A stretch of 64,000 nucleotides of DNA from Myxococcota bacterium. Lineage in GTDB: Bacteria > Myxococcota_A > SURF-8. Where the stretch lies: assembly GCA_965140415.1 (NCBI GenBank), contig OZ223209.1, positions 5,760,001 to 5,824,000 of the forward strand, in the 5' to 3' direction. A program made the position numbers and the translations under genes. Numbering within the stretch: the first letter of the stretch is position 1; the number at the start of each line of letters is the position of its first letter. Below the pieces are notes generated by a model. That model saw nothing but the letters and a program-made list of their open reading frames with translations, did not search any database and was not told the origin of the DNA. This document shows positions 1 to 8,999 of this stretch, piece by piece.

Positions 1-908
1 TTCAGTTCGGCATCGTCCAGAGCCTGTCGAATCGCCTGCACGATGGTCGGCTGGTTGGGGCGTGTGAAATGATACGCATCCGAACTCCAGCCAATACCCA
101 GCACTTCGGCATAGGCCGTTAAGCCATGCGCCTTGATCGCATCTTCGGAAGCCAGCACCAATACGCCGCAACCTTCGGAAAGCACAAAGCCTTTGCGGTC
201 ACGGCTGAAGGGGCGCGAGGCCTGGCCCGGATCCAGAAACGCGCGGTCTTTTTCCGTCACCTTGACCGTGGCGTTCATATTGGCGAAACCGTGAATGATT
301 TCCGGCATGATCGGCATATCCACGCCGCCTACCAAGGCGAATTCCAACTCGCCGTCGCGGATCATGCGCGAGGCGATGCCGGTCGCGTGATTGCCCGAGG
401 CACAGGCGCCCTGCGGCGAAAAGACAGGCCCGGTGTAACCCAGCAAAATCCCCGCCTTGCCTCCGGGCAGGTTGGCGCAGAGATTGGGCAGTAAAAAAGG
501 ACTCACGCGATTGGGGCCGCGTTCGGCCAGGTTCGTCATGGCGACGCGGAAGGCATCGTGGCCGTTGATGGCGCTACCGATCATGCTGGCGGTAAGCCCG
601 GCGATCTCCGGTGTAATCTCCAGCCCGGCGTGCTTGAGCGCGTCGCGACTGACAGCCATAGTCAGAATCACGAAGGCCGCGTTCCAGTTGGACACCTCGC
701 GCTGATCGGTGAAGTCCAGTTCCGATGGGTTCCAGTCGGGAATTTCGCCGACCACGTTACAGGTGGACGCCACCTCGCAGCGTGTTACCTTACGAAATCC
801 CGCGTCGCCTTGTACGGCTCTTTTCCAGGTATCTTCAAAGCGGCTCCCCAACGGCGTCGCCGCTGCATAACCCGCTACGAATACACGTCTATTTAAAGGT
901 GCTTTCAT
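1..908 (-). CDS. Beta-ketoacyl-ACP synthase II (FabF-like), truncated by window edge
   Basis: Not in ORF track; translated by hand from ATG at 908: MKAPLNRRVFVAGYAAATPLG...SPQGACASGNHA...ASRPFSRDRKGFVLSEGCG...SSDAYHFTRP. Catalytic Cys motif present. Confidence 0.93.
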   Translation of the reverse strand, partial: MKAPLNRRVFVAGYAAATPLGSRFEDTWKRAVQGDAGFRKVTRCEVASTCNVVGEIPDWNPSELDFTDQREVSNWNAAFVILTMAVSRDALKHAGLEITPEIAGLTASMIGSAINGHDAFRVAMTNLAERGPNRVSPFLLPNLCANLPGGKAGILLGYTGPVFSPQGACASGNHATGIASRMIRDGELEFALVGGVDMPIMPEIIHGFANMNATVKVTEKDRAFLDPGQASRPFSRDRKGFVLSEGCGVLVLASEDAIKAHGLTAYAEVLGIGWSSDAYHFTRPNQPTIVQAIRQALDDAEL

Positions 909-935
909 CGGTTCAATCCACTACGATGCAGGTCG

Positions 936-2183
936 TCAACCGACCCGCTTGAAAACGGTACAGGCGTTGCAGCCTCCGAAACCGAAGGCGTTTTTCAGCA
1001 TGAATTCCTGTTCGAGCGCGCGCGCGCCCTCGGAGACACAGTCCAGTTCCAGTTCGGGATCGGCAGTATAGTTGATGGTCGGCAGCAGCTTTTGATTCCG
1101 CAATGCTTCCATGGCGAAAATGCTTTCGATGGCGCTGCTGGCTCCCATGGCGTGACCGATCTGCGATTTATTGGCGCTCACGGGAGGAATGTTCTTACCG
1201 AAAACTTCGTGCAGCGCTTCGACTTCCACCTGATCGCCGACTTTGGTAGAGGCGGCGTGGCCGTTGATGGCGTCGATGTCCTGCGGTTGCAGCCCCGCAT
1301 GGGAAATCGCCTCGGTAATACAGCGGGTGATGGTCGGTTTATGCGGTGCAACGAAGTGATGCGCATCGGCGCTCATGCCCCATCCGGCCAGTTCGATATT
1401 GTAACCAAGACCGTGCGCGTCCGCGAATTCCTTGCTGGCGATCACGATGCAGCCGGAGCCTTCGCTGATGACGAAACCGCGCCGATCGATGGAAAAGGGA
1501 CGGCTGGCGCGTTCGGGCGCTTCCGGCAGATTCGGCTTGTCTTTATAGGCTCCGTTCATGGTGGCGAAACCGGCGGTGATCGGTTCGACCAAAGGACAAT
1601 CCACCGCGCCGCAAACGGCTACATCGGCCATACCCGACTGAATGAACATCGCGCCGATGATCATCGAAGTGCTGCCGGTGGCGCAGGCGGTAACGGTCGT
1701 GACAATCGGCCCGGTCGCGCCGGTTAAAATGCTGACCTTGCCGCCGACCATGTTGATACAGGAATTGGGATTGACAAAAGGCTTGGGCAGTTTGCCTTCG
1801 GCGATCATCAGCCGATCTGCGTGCAATACCGCATCCTGCCCGCCTACGGCGGTGGAAAAGGTCGTCGCCACGCGCGGAGCCAGTTCCGGCGTAATCTCCA
1901 AACCGGCGCGCTGCAAAGCCCGATGCACGGCCAGCAATCCGTATTTGAAAATCGGGGAGGTCCACTGCGCCAGGGCGCGCGGCGAAAGAAAGGGATACTC
2001 GCTAACATCCACATCGCCGATCTGACCGGAGATTTTCACCGGGAAGGCATCGTTGTAGGCAAAGCGAGTCAGTTCCGATACGCCGCTTTCTCCGCGCTCG
2101 GCACGCTCCCACTGCTCTTGCAGGGTTACGCCCAGCGGCGAAAGCGCGTCATACCCCAGAATGACTATTGTACGATCCGACAT
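936..2183 (-). CDS. Beta-ketoacyl-ACP synthase II (FabF-like)
   Basis: TACATG (Cys), GHAAST and GHAMGA (His-His), SRPFS..R.GFV.SEG and C-terminal NAFGFGG motifs. Confidence 0.95.
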   Translation of the reverse strand: MSDRTIVILGYDALSPLGVTLQEQWERAERGESGVSELTRFAYNDAFPVKISGQIGDVDVSEYPFLSPRALAQWTSPIFKYGLLAVHRALQRAGLEITPELAPRVATTFSTAVGGQDAVLHADRLMIAEGKLPKPFVNPNSCINMVGGKVSILTGATGPIVTTVTACATGSTSMIIGAMFIQSGMADVAVCGAVDCPLVEPITAGFATMNGAYKDKPNLPEAPERASRPFSIDRRGFVISEGSGCIVIASKEFADAHGLGYNIELAGWGMSADAHHFVAPHKPTITRCITEAISHAGLQPQDIDAINGHAASTKVGDQVEVEALHEVFGKNIPPVSANKSQIGHAMGASSAIESIFAMEALRNQKLLPTINYTADPELELDCVSEGARALEQEFMLKNAFGFGGCNACTVFKRVG

Positions 2184-2227
2184 TGGGGACTGTCCATCAA
2201 GGTTAGGGGCTGCTGTGGCGCTGCATC

Positions 2228-3229
2228 TTACCAGGGAATAAACTTATACAGCTTGGCGAACATTTCGTACACTTCGATCCAGTTCTGGAAATCCTGGCTG
2301 CTTTCCATGTGCGCCCGCTTGTTGACCATTACCCAGCTCATGTGCGCTGCGCCATCCTTGCAGGTTTTGCAGTCGCGCGTGGCCGAAGTGCAACAGCGAT
2401 GGATCGTTTCCTGATCCGCACCCCAGCGGGTGAAGTGAATCAGCCGCTTGGTACCCGCCGGGCGGTTGTCGATCTGTTCGCTGACGGAGGGACATTCCAG
2501 CCAGCCGAATTCACGTCCCAGCATTTTACCGTTAGTGATGACCTCGTGGTAATATTTACTGGAAATGACCGTATCCGGATAACGCTCCATCAAACCGTCC
2601 ATCTCGTCGCGCACGTCGGCCAGGTTGTGTTCGTCCCAGACCAGCCCTTCCACGTCTTCGTCGTTGCTGAACAACTGGTAATGCACTTTCAGTCCGGCGT
2701 TGCGAATGAATTGCGTGTAGCGCTCGATTTCGCCGGTAGCCACCAGGTTGGGAGTGATGGTGTACAGGTAGTAGGTGTAGGGGTCGCCTTCGTAATTGGC
2801 CATTGAAATCTTGAAGACATCACGCCCGCGCAAGGCGCGTTCCTCTTTTTCTCCGCCCCACAGCGAAATGCCGACCATCATGTCGGGAAAACGTTCGCGC
2901 GGCACTTTGATGATGCCGTTGGTGGCGCAGTAGGAAGGAATGCGCTTGTAAAAAGCTTCCACGCGATCCAGAAACAAGGTCGGCTCGCCGCCGATCAGAA
3001 TCGCGAGATTCACACCGCGTTCCTTTTCACGATCCACAAAGGCTTCCCAGTCGGCCAGTTCCTTTTTCTCCTCCAGCTTGTGCTCGTCCGAAGAAAAGAA
3101 GAAGCAGCCTTTGCAACGCAGGTTGCAGCGGTTGGTCACGTCGTAAATCGAGGAACGGATATTCAGTTTCGCAATGCGCTTGTAACGCTCGTACCATTGC
3201 TCGTCTAACAGAGAACTGACGGTCTTCAT
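2228..3229 (-). CDS. Radical SAM protein with C-terminal Cys cluster
   Basis: CNLRCKGC, GGEP, C-terminal C...CCTSATRDCKTC. Confidence 0.9.
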   Translation of the reverse strand: MKTVSSLLDEQWYERYKRIAKLNIRSSIYDVTNRCNLRCKGCFFFSSDEHKLEEKKELADWEAFVDREKERGVNLAILIGGEPTLFLDRVEAFYKRIPSYCATNGIIKVPRERFPDMMVGISLWGGEKEERALRGRDVFKISMANYEGDPYTYYLYTITPNLVATGEIERYTQFIRNAGLKVHYQLFSNDEDVEGLVWDEHNLADVRDEMDGLMERYPDTVISSKYYHEVITNGKMLGREFGWLECPSVSEQIDNRPAGTKRLIHFTRWGADQETIHRCCTSATRDCKTCKDGAAHMSWVMVNKRAHMESSQDFQNWIEVYEMFAKLYKFIPW

Positions 3230-3278
3230 CGTATCATCCTATTTGGGAATGAGTTCGTATCCCGGTAAGTAAAGCGGT

Positions 3279-4364
3279 TCATTCACGCTCGCCGGCTTGC
3301 GGCGGCTCAATGAAGCGGCGGCATAAATTGGGTTGTTTGTCGTAGCCCGTCACCCAGACCGCCAGGTAGGTATCCACGTAATCCAGCCAGGAGCGGAAGG
3401 TATCCGGGTCGATGGCGTGGCGATAGAGTTTGCTGGTTACGACCGCCGAACCGGCGGCGTAATGGCGGCAGTCGCCGCAATCGGTATCGGGAACGCAGCA
3501 GGCAGCGTCGCGATCCCAGTTGAGATCCGTTCGGTACTGGCGGAAGGAACGCCCCAGCCCGACAGCGGTAGACGGATTCATGCGCGGATAAGGACAGGCG
3601 AACAAATCGTGCAGGCCGTTGGTATGCGTATGCGCCACGGTGCTGTAATGCGAAAACAACACCGTTTCCGGGTATTGGTCCAGCAGATCCACCATCACCC
3701 GACGAACGTGCGCCAGCGATTCGGGCGTATGTCGCAACGCGCCATTATAGCCGACCGGCGCGGAAAACATGTTGAAACTGATGGTGCAGTCGTTTTTCGC
3801 CAGCAACTCGGTCACTTCGTAAGCCTGCTCGATGTTTTCGCGGCAGAAGGTATAAATGAAGGTGGCGCGCTTGTCGCCGCTGTAGTTTTCGATCTGTCGC
3901 TCCAACAGATTCTTCACACCGCGCACTTTCGCGCTTGTATCGTCGTTCCCCCAGCTACTGACGTGCAGACGATAACCGATGGCATCGTCGATGCGCTTGA
4001 ACCCGTTGGTGGCGATACAACCCAGGGGTTGCTCGTCGTAACAGACTTCCAACAGCTTCGGCAACAATGACGGCTCGGCTCCGGCGAGCACGACAAAGGT
4101 GACGCCGCGCTCTTTTTCCTTGCGCATCAAGTCGCGCCAGGCTTCGGGATCTTTGTTCTGCTGGGCGAACTGCTTTTCGCCTTCGTAGTAGTAGCAGCCG
4201 TCGCAACGAATGTTGCAGGTATTGCTGATATCATATGTCGATTCGCGCAAAAAGAAGTACTTACGCACCCGCTCGAAGCGCTCTCGGATATCGGGCATTT
4301 GCAACAGTTCCGAGAATTTGTATTTACGCCCGGATTGCTGCGCGTTCAGGTCCATTGCTTCCAT
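3279..4364 (-). CDS. Radical SAM protein, paralog of the downstream gene
   Basis: CNIRCDGC, GAEP, C-terminal C...CCVPDTDCGDC. Confidence 0.9.
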   Translation of the reverse strand: MEAMDLNAQQSGRKYKFSELLQMPDIRERFERVRKYFFLRESTYDISNTCNIRCDGCYYYEGEKQFAQQNKDPEAWRDLMRKEKERGVTFVVLAGAEPSLLPKLLEVCYDEQPLGCIATNGFKRIDDAIGYRLHVSSWGNDDTSAKVRGVKNLLERQIENYSGDKRATFIYTFCRENIEQAYEVTELLAKNDCTISFNMFSAPVGYNGALRHTPESLAHVRRVMVDLLDQYPETVLFSHYSTVAHTHTNGLHDLFACPYPRMNPSTAVGLGRSFRQYRTDLNWDRDAACCVPDTDCGDCRHYAAGSAVVTSKLYRHAIDPDTFRSWLDYVDTYLAVWVTGYDKQPNLCRRFIEPPQAGERE

Positions 4365-4527
4365 CGTTCACTCTCCCATTCCGTAAGGAAACGCTCGTTG
4401 CTACGTTGAATGATTTCATAGATGCCCGCTTAGCAGCGGGGCGTTCCCGCAACATACCGCAACAGTCTGCCGTATGTATCACAAGTTCCCGCCTGCCCGC
4501 AAGTATAAGACCTTGAGTCTCAGCGGG

Positions 4528-4545
4528 TGTTGATTATATTCAACA
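4528..4545. promoter_or_regulatory. Palindromic operator-like site, FNR/CRP-box-like
   Basis: TGTTGA-TTATAT-TCAACA; contains TTGAT-N4-TTCAA, one mismatch from the FNR consensus; lies in the divergent intergenic region. Confidence 0.4.
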
Positions 4546-4594
4546 TCTTGGAATCTTGGCGGTTTTGACGACAAGCATTAAACCACAGCACGAC

Positions 4595-4622
4595 TTGACG
4601 TCAAAAGATGGCACATTATAAT
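4595..4622 (+). promoter_or_regulatory. Sigma70-type promoter for GT2-MMPL operon
   Basis: TTGACG-N16-TATAAT. Confidence 0.55.
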
Positions 4623-4767
4623 AAACTGGAAAAAAAATTCAATACTTCCCTTTCTCTTTTTTGAAACAATTTAAGGTATAGTGTATTAAACGTAAATTCG
4701 CTTGGTGGGTGTTTTATAGCATGGAAAACTCGCAAGCTGCGGAAAGATATAAACGAAGTTGAAAACA

Positions 4768-5508
4768 ATGAACGACGCAACAGAAAAAAAGAGCCGGGCA
4801 GCCTTTGTCATTCCGAACTACAATCATGGCCAAACGGTACTTTCCGTCGTGCAGCAAGCGCAGCAAACCGGCTTGCCGGTCGTCGTGGTGGATGATGGCT
4901 CCACCGATGGTGGCACTGAAAAACTCATGGAATATCAAGGAATTCACTTAATTCGGCATGAAAGTAATCAGGGCAAGGGAGCCGCATTGAAAAGCGGCTT
5001 TCATGCCGCTCGCGAGTTGGCGGAATTTGCCATCACCATCGATTCCGACGGTCAGCACGATCCTCAAGACGGCTTGCGTTTATTGGCTTCGGTCACCGAA
5101 AACGAGCGCCCCTTCATCGTAGGAAAACGCGAGGGAATGCTGGACGATCCTCGGATTCCCTGGACCAGCCGCTTCGGTCGGAAATTTTCCAATTTCTGGG
5201 TGCGACTTTCGGGCGGGCCGAAATTGTCGGATACGCAAAGCGGCCTGCGGCTTTATCCGATAGAAGAAACGTTGTCATTACATACACATGCCCGTCATTA
5301 CAATTACGAGGTGGAAGTGCTGGCGCTGGCGAACTGGCGCGGCTATCCGATTCGCGAAGTCCCGGTTTCCGTCGAGTATTTCGGCAAGGTGCAGCGCATT
5401 TCCCATTTCAAGCCTTTTACCGACTTCTGGCGCAACGGGGGCGTGTTCATCCCATTGATGTTATTAAGTTTTCTACTTCCAAAGTCTCTGCGTAGAAGGT
5501 GGTTTTAA
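4768..5508 (+). CDS. Glycosyltransferase family 2
   Basis: VIPNYN, VVDDGSTD, NQGKGAALKSG, IDSDGQH, DTQSGLRLY. ATG at 4768 preferred over TTG at 4759. Confidence 0.93.
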   Translation: MNDATEKKSRAAFVIPNYNHGQTVLSVVQQAQQTGLPVVVVDDGSTDGGTEKLMEYQGIHLIRHESNQGKGAALKSGFHAARELAEFAITIDSDGQHDPQDGLRLLASVTENERPFIVGKREGMLDDPRIPWTSRFGRKFSNFWVRLSGGPKLSDTQSGLRLYPIEETLSLHTHARHYNYEVEVLALANWRGYPIREVPVSVEYFGKVQRISHFKPFTDFWRNGGVFIPLMLLSFLLPKSLRRRWF

Positions 5509-8500
5509 TGGCGCGGGGACAGGCGGAAATCCGTTGGAGCGTGGTCGTTTTCACGTTTGTCGTGCTTGCGTTGATGGCCTTCTTCGGTCAACGCCAATTG
5601 CATCTGGACACCAATATTCTGTCCGCCATGCCGCAGCAGGATGAAGCCTTGCGGGATGCACGCTACGTATTCACTCAAACTCCGATTATGGATCGTATCG
5701 TGGTCGATCTGGAGTGGCAAGGCAAGATGTCCGATAAGGATCAGTTGGTGTCAGTCGCCGACCGATTGACGGAAAAAGCGAACGCCAGCAAGCTGTTTCA
5801 GCCTATCGACAATAGCGCAATGGCCCAGTCTTTTACCTCCCTGGCCAGCCAACTGGCCGCCAACCTACCGCTTCTGTTCGACCGGGAAACGTTAGAAAAC
5901 GAGGTGCTTCCAAAGCTGAGCGAGCAAAGCATTCAGGCAACATTGCAAAACTACCTGAACGATCTCGCCGGGCTGGAAGGCATCGGACAGGCCCAGCTAT
6001 TCGAACGCGATCCATTGGGATTGCGAAATCTGATTTTGGCCCGCTTGCGATATTTGCTTCCCGATGGGGAGAACCAGCTTTATAAAAACCACTTGTTCAG
6101 CGCGGATGAACGCCATGTGCTGCTGAGTTTTCAGCCGTTGCAGTCGAGCATGGATAATCGCTACGCCGAAAAAATCGAAGGCTTTTTCGCTAAGGCCAAA
6201 CGCGATCTCATCGCAGCAGGTGGCGGGAAAAGCAAGAAAGCCAACGACGCCAATAAAAAAGAGAACATCCTGAATTCAGAAGGGAATTCCTCCTTACCGG
6301 TATTATTGACACCGGTTGGCTCCTATCGGGCCGGGCTGGATAACGAACGCACGGCGAAAAGCGATACGGTCAAGGCGGTGCTACTGGCAACAATCGGTAT
6401 TGCGTTATTGTTGTTACTCAGTTTTCCGCGCGGCCCCATCGGGTTGTTGTCGCTGCTTCCAGCGCTGGCAGGCACGGCGGCGGCCTTGTTTACGCTCTCC
6501 TTTTTTTACGAGTCGGTTTCGATTCTTGCAATCGGATTCGGCGGGGCGATCATCTCGATTACAGTCGATCACGGCATCGCGTATTTTCTTTTTCTGGATC
6601 GAAATAAGGAGACGACCGGAAAAGAGGCCAGCCACGAAGTGCGAGCGGTCGGATTGATCGCGGTACTGACAACAATCGGGGCGTTTTTATCATTATTGAT
6701 TAGTGATTTCAGTGTATTGGGAGAAATAGGACTGTTTGCGGCGCTGGGTGTCGGCTATTCCTTTGTCTTCGTTCATTCCGTTTTTCCTTTGATCTTCCGG
6801 CGCATGCCGCCCGCCCGGCGGCAGCACGGTTTGTGGCTGCAACGCCTTCCCGGCAAACTGGCAGAGAAAGGCGGCTGGCCGCTTTGTATCTCCATGATCC
6901 TACTTGGGATTTTTGCGGCTTTGATCATGCGTCCCGAATTCCGGGCCGATCTGGCAGCCATGAATACGGTGAGCGCCGAAACTTTGCAAGCCGAAGAAAA
7001 GGTACGCACAATCTGGGGCGATCTGACGCAGCGGGTTTATATTCTGATCGAAGCGCCGGAAATAACGGAGCTACATCGAAAGGCCGACCGACTACAGCAA
7101 ATGCTGCAAGACGGAGTAGCACGAGGCGCCGTGCTGCCTGCCGCGACACTATCGGATATCGTTCCGGGCGCGGAACTGGCAAAAAAGAACCTGGCTGACT
7201 GGCGGAATTTCTGGAGTGACGCTCGACAGCGGCAGGTTCGGGAAATATTATTGAAACAGGCAGAAGCACTCGGTTTTCGAGCGGAGACGTTTTCGGCTTT
7301 TTTCGAGGATCTGCGTCGAAATGACAGCCAACCACCGAAGCTGAATCCGTCTGTCTTTTCGCTTTTCGGGTTAGAAAAGAACCGGCAGGGCGACGGCTGG
7401 TTGTTGATGAGTTCGTTAAAACCCGGACCGAATTATCAGGCCGATGACTTGTACCGGGCGGTTCAAGATCAAAAGTTGGGGCGCATGCTGGATGCCCGTT
7501 ATTTCTCCAACCGGCTGGGCCGGATGCTGTCGGATACCTTTTCGCATATGTTCGTGCTGATCGGACTTGGGGTGACGATTCTGGTTTTCTTTTTCTTTCT
7601 GGATGCTTGGCTCGTTCTACTGGCGCTTGCTCCGGTGGCTTTCGCCACCGTCTGCACCTTGGCGACATTGACCTTGATCGATCATCCGATCGACATTCCC
7701 GGCCTGATGCTGACGATTGTGGTGTTGGGAATGGGCATCGATTATTCACTGTTTTTCCTGCGCGCCCAGCAGCGGCATTTCGATGCAAAATCGGACGCCG
7801 TGCGCACCATTCGGCTTTCGGTGTTTCTTTCCGCCTGCTCCACCTTGATCGGTCTGGGTGTGCTGGCGCTGGCGGAGCATAGTCTGCTAAAAAGCATCGG
7901 ACTGACGACCTTTCTGGGTATCGGCTTTTCCGTGCTTGGCACGTTTACGTTATTGCCGCCGTTTCTATCGAGGTTGTACAACTTTCAGCCTTTGATACGG
8001 GAAACGCTGGAGGCGGGATCGAAAACGCATCGGCGTCGTATTCTGGCGCGCTATCGACATCTGGAGCCGCAGGCGCGTTTGTTTGCGCGTTTCAAATTGA
8101 AGTTGGACCCGATGTTTTCCAACCTGAATGAGTTGAGCCGGGAATTCATTCCTGCGCAGGCGCGTATACTGGATGTGGGCTGCGGCGCGGGCCTGCCGGG
8201 ATTGTGGTTATTGACGCAGCGCCCGGACATTCGATTGACCGGCATCGATCCCGATGCGGAGCGGGTGCGGATCGCACGGCGCGTGTGGGGTGTTTCAGAG
8301 AACTCCGAAGATACGCAAAATTCAAACGATACGGAAAACGGGAATTCGAGCAAAGCAGACGAAACCGTTCAGGTGCATATTGCTTCGGCGCAGCAACTGC
8401 CGGAGATGTTGCACTCGTTCGATGTCATCATGCTTTTGGATATGTTGCATTACCTGGATGATGCGGAAGTGGCAACCTTGTTTTTGAATCTGGAAAAACT

Positions 8501-8732
8501 GCTGCAAACGCAGGGACGAATTCTGCTGCGGGTGACGCTACCCGGCGACAAGCGCTTTCCCTGGGAACGTTGGTTGGAGGCCGGTCGCTTGAAATTGCAG
8601 CGGAAACCGTCGTATTTCCGGGATCTGGATGCGTTACAAACCATCATAGAACAATCCGATTTCCGCATCGTAAAGCAGCAGGTCAGTCAGGTTGGACGCG
8701 AAGAAACCTGGATGATTCTGGAACGAAAGTAA
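5508..8732 (+). CDS. MMPL/RND-family exporter fused to C-terminal class I SAM methyltransferase
   Basis: Two TM bundles with ITVDHGI and GMGIDYSLF motifs; C-terminal ILDVGCGAG and LDMLHYL; TAATG overlap with the GT2 stop. Confidence 0.88.
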   Translation: MARGQAEIRWSVVVFTFVVLALMAFFGQRQLHLDTNILSAMPQQDEALRDARYVFTQTPIMDRIVVDLEWQGKMSDKDQLVSVADRLTEKANASKLFQPIDNSAMAQSFTSLASQLAANLPLLFDRETLENEVLPKLSEQSIQATLQNYLNDLAGLEGIGQAQLFERDPLGLRNLILARLRYLLPDGENQLYKNHLFSADERHVLLSFQPLQSSMDNRYAEKIEGFFAKAKRDLIAAGGGKSKKANDANKKENILNSEGNSSLPVLLTPVGSYRAGLDNERTAKSDTVKAVLLATIGIALLLLLSFPRGPIGLLSLLPALAGTAAALFTLSFFYESVSILAIGFGGAIISITVDHGIAYFLFLDRNKETTGKEASHEVRAVGLIAVLTTIGAFLSLLISDFSVLGEIGLFAALGVGYSFVFVHSVFPLIFRRMPPARRQHGLWLQRLPGKLAEKGGWPLCISMILLGIFAALIMRPEFRADLAAMNTVSAETLQAEEKVRTIWGDLTQRVYILIEAPEITELHRKADRLQQMLQDGVARGAVLPAATLSDIVPGAELAKKNLADWRNFWSDARQRQVREILLKQAEALGFRAETFSAFFEDLRRNDSQPPKLNPSVFSLFGLEKNRQGDGWLLMSSLKPGPNYQADDLYRAVQDQKLGRMLDARYFSNRLGRMLSDTFSHMFVLIGLGVTILVFFFFLDAWLVLLALAPVAFATVCTLATLTLIDHPIDIPGLMLTIVVLGMGIDYSLFFLRAQQRHFDAKSDAVRTIRLSVFLSACSTLIGLGVLALAEHSLLKSIGLTTFLGIGFSVLGTFTLLPPFLSRLYNFQPLIRETLEAGSKTHRRRILARYRHLEPQARLFARFKLKLDPMFSNLNELSREFIPAQARILDVGCGAGLPGLWLLTQRPDIRLTGIDPDAERVRIARRVWGVSENSEDTQNSNDTENGNSSKADETVQVHIASAQQLPEMLHSFDVIMLLDMLHYLDDAEVATLFLNLEKLLQTQGRILLRVTLPGDKRFPWERWLEAGRLKLQRKPSYFRDLDALQTIIEQSDFRIVKQQVSQVGREETWMILERK

Positions 8733-8756
8733 GTTGAAGTAGAAAATAGAGGAGTT

Positions 8757-8889
8757 ATTACTCATTTCTGTCCATCGAGTAATCATGATGTGCCATGGTC
8801 TCACGGAATGGAAATTCCGGGAGGCCGTGTGTAACTTATTGAAGACACACAGCCTTCCACGATCTTCGATCGCGTAAGACTATGGCACA
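8757..8889. repeat. ~133-bp structured REPIN-like element, copy 1 of 3
   Basis: Near-identical to 27094-27225 and 37178-37310; bounded by GTGCCATGGTCT...AGACTATGGCAC. Confidence 0.9.
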
Positions 8890-8941
8890 AAATCACAGAA
8901 TCTGTGGCTAAAAATGATTAAGAACCGCTCTAGCTGAAGCT

Positions 8942-8991
8942 GAAAGTAGCTGGAGGCAGAAAGTAGCTGGAGGCAGAAAGTAGCTGGAGGC
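8942..8991 (+). repeat. 17-bp tandem repeat x3 (GAAAGTAGCTGGAGGCA)
   Basis: Read directly; immediately upstream of ATG at 9000. Confidence 0.9.
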
Positions 8992-8999
8992 GCAGGCGA

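Noticed and set aside
8942-8991. Possible CRISPR array
   Set aside because: Head-to-tail repeats without spacers; no cas genes in the window.
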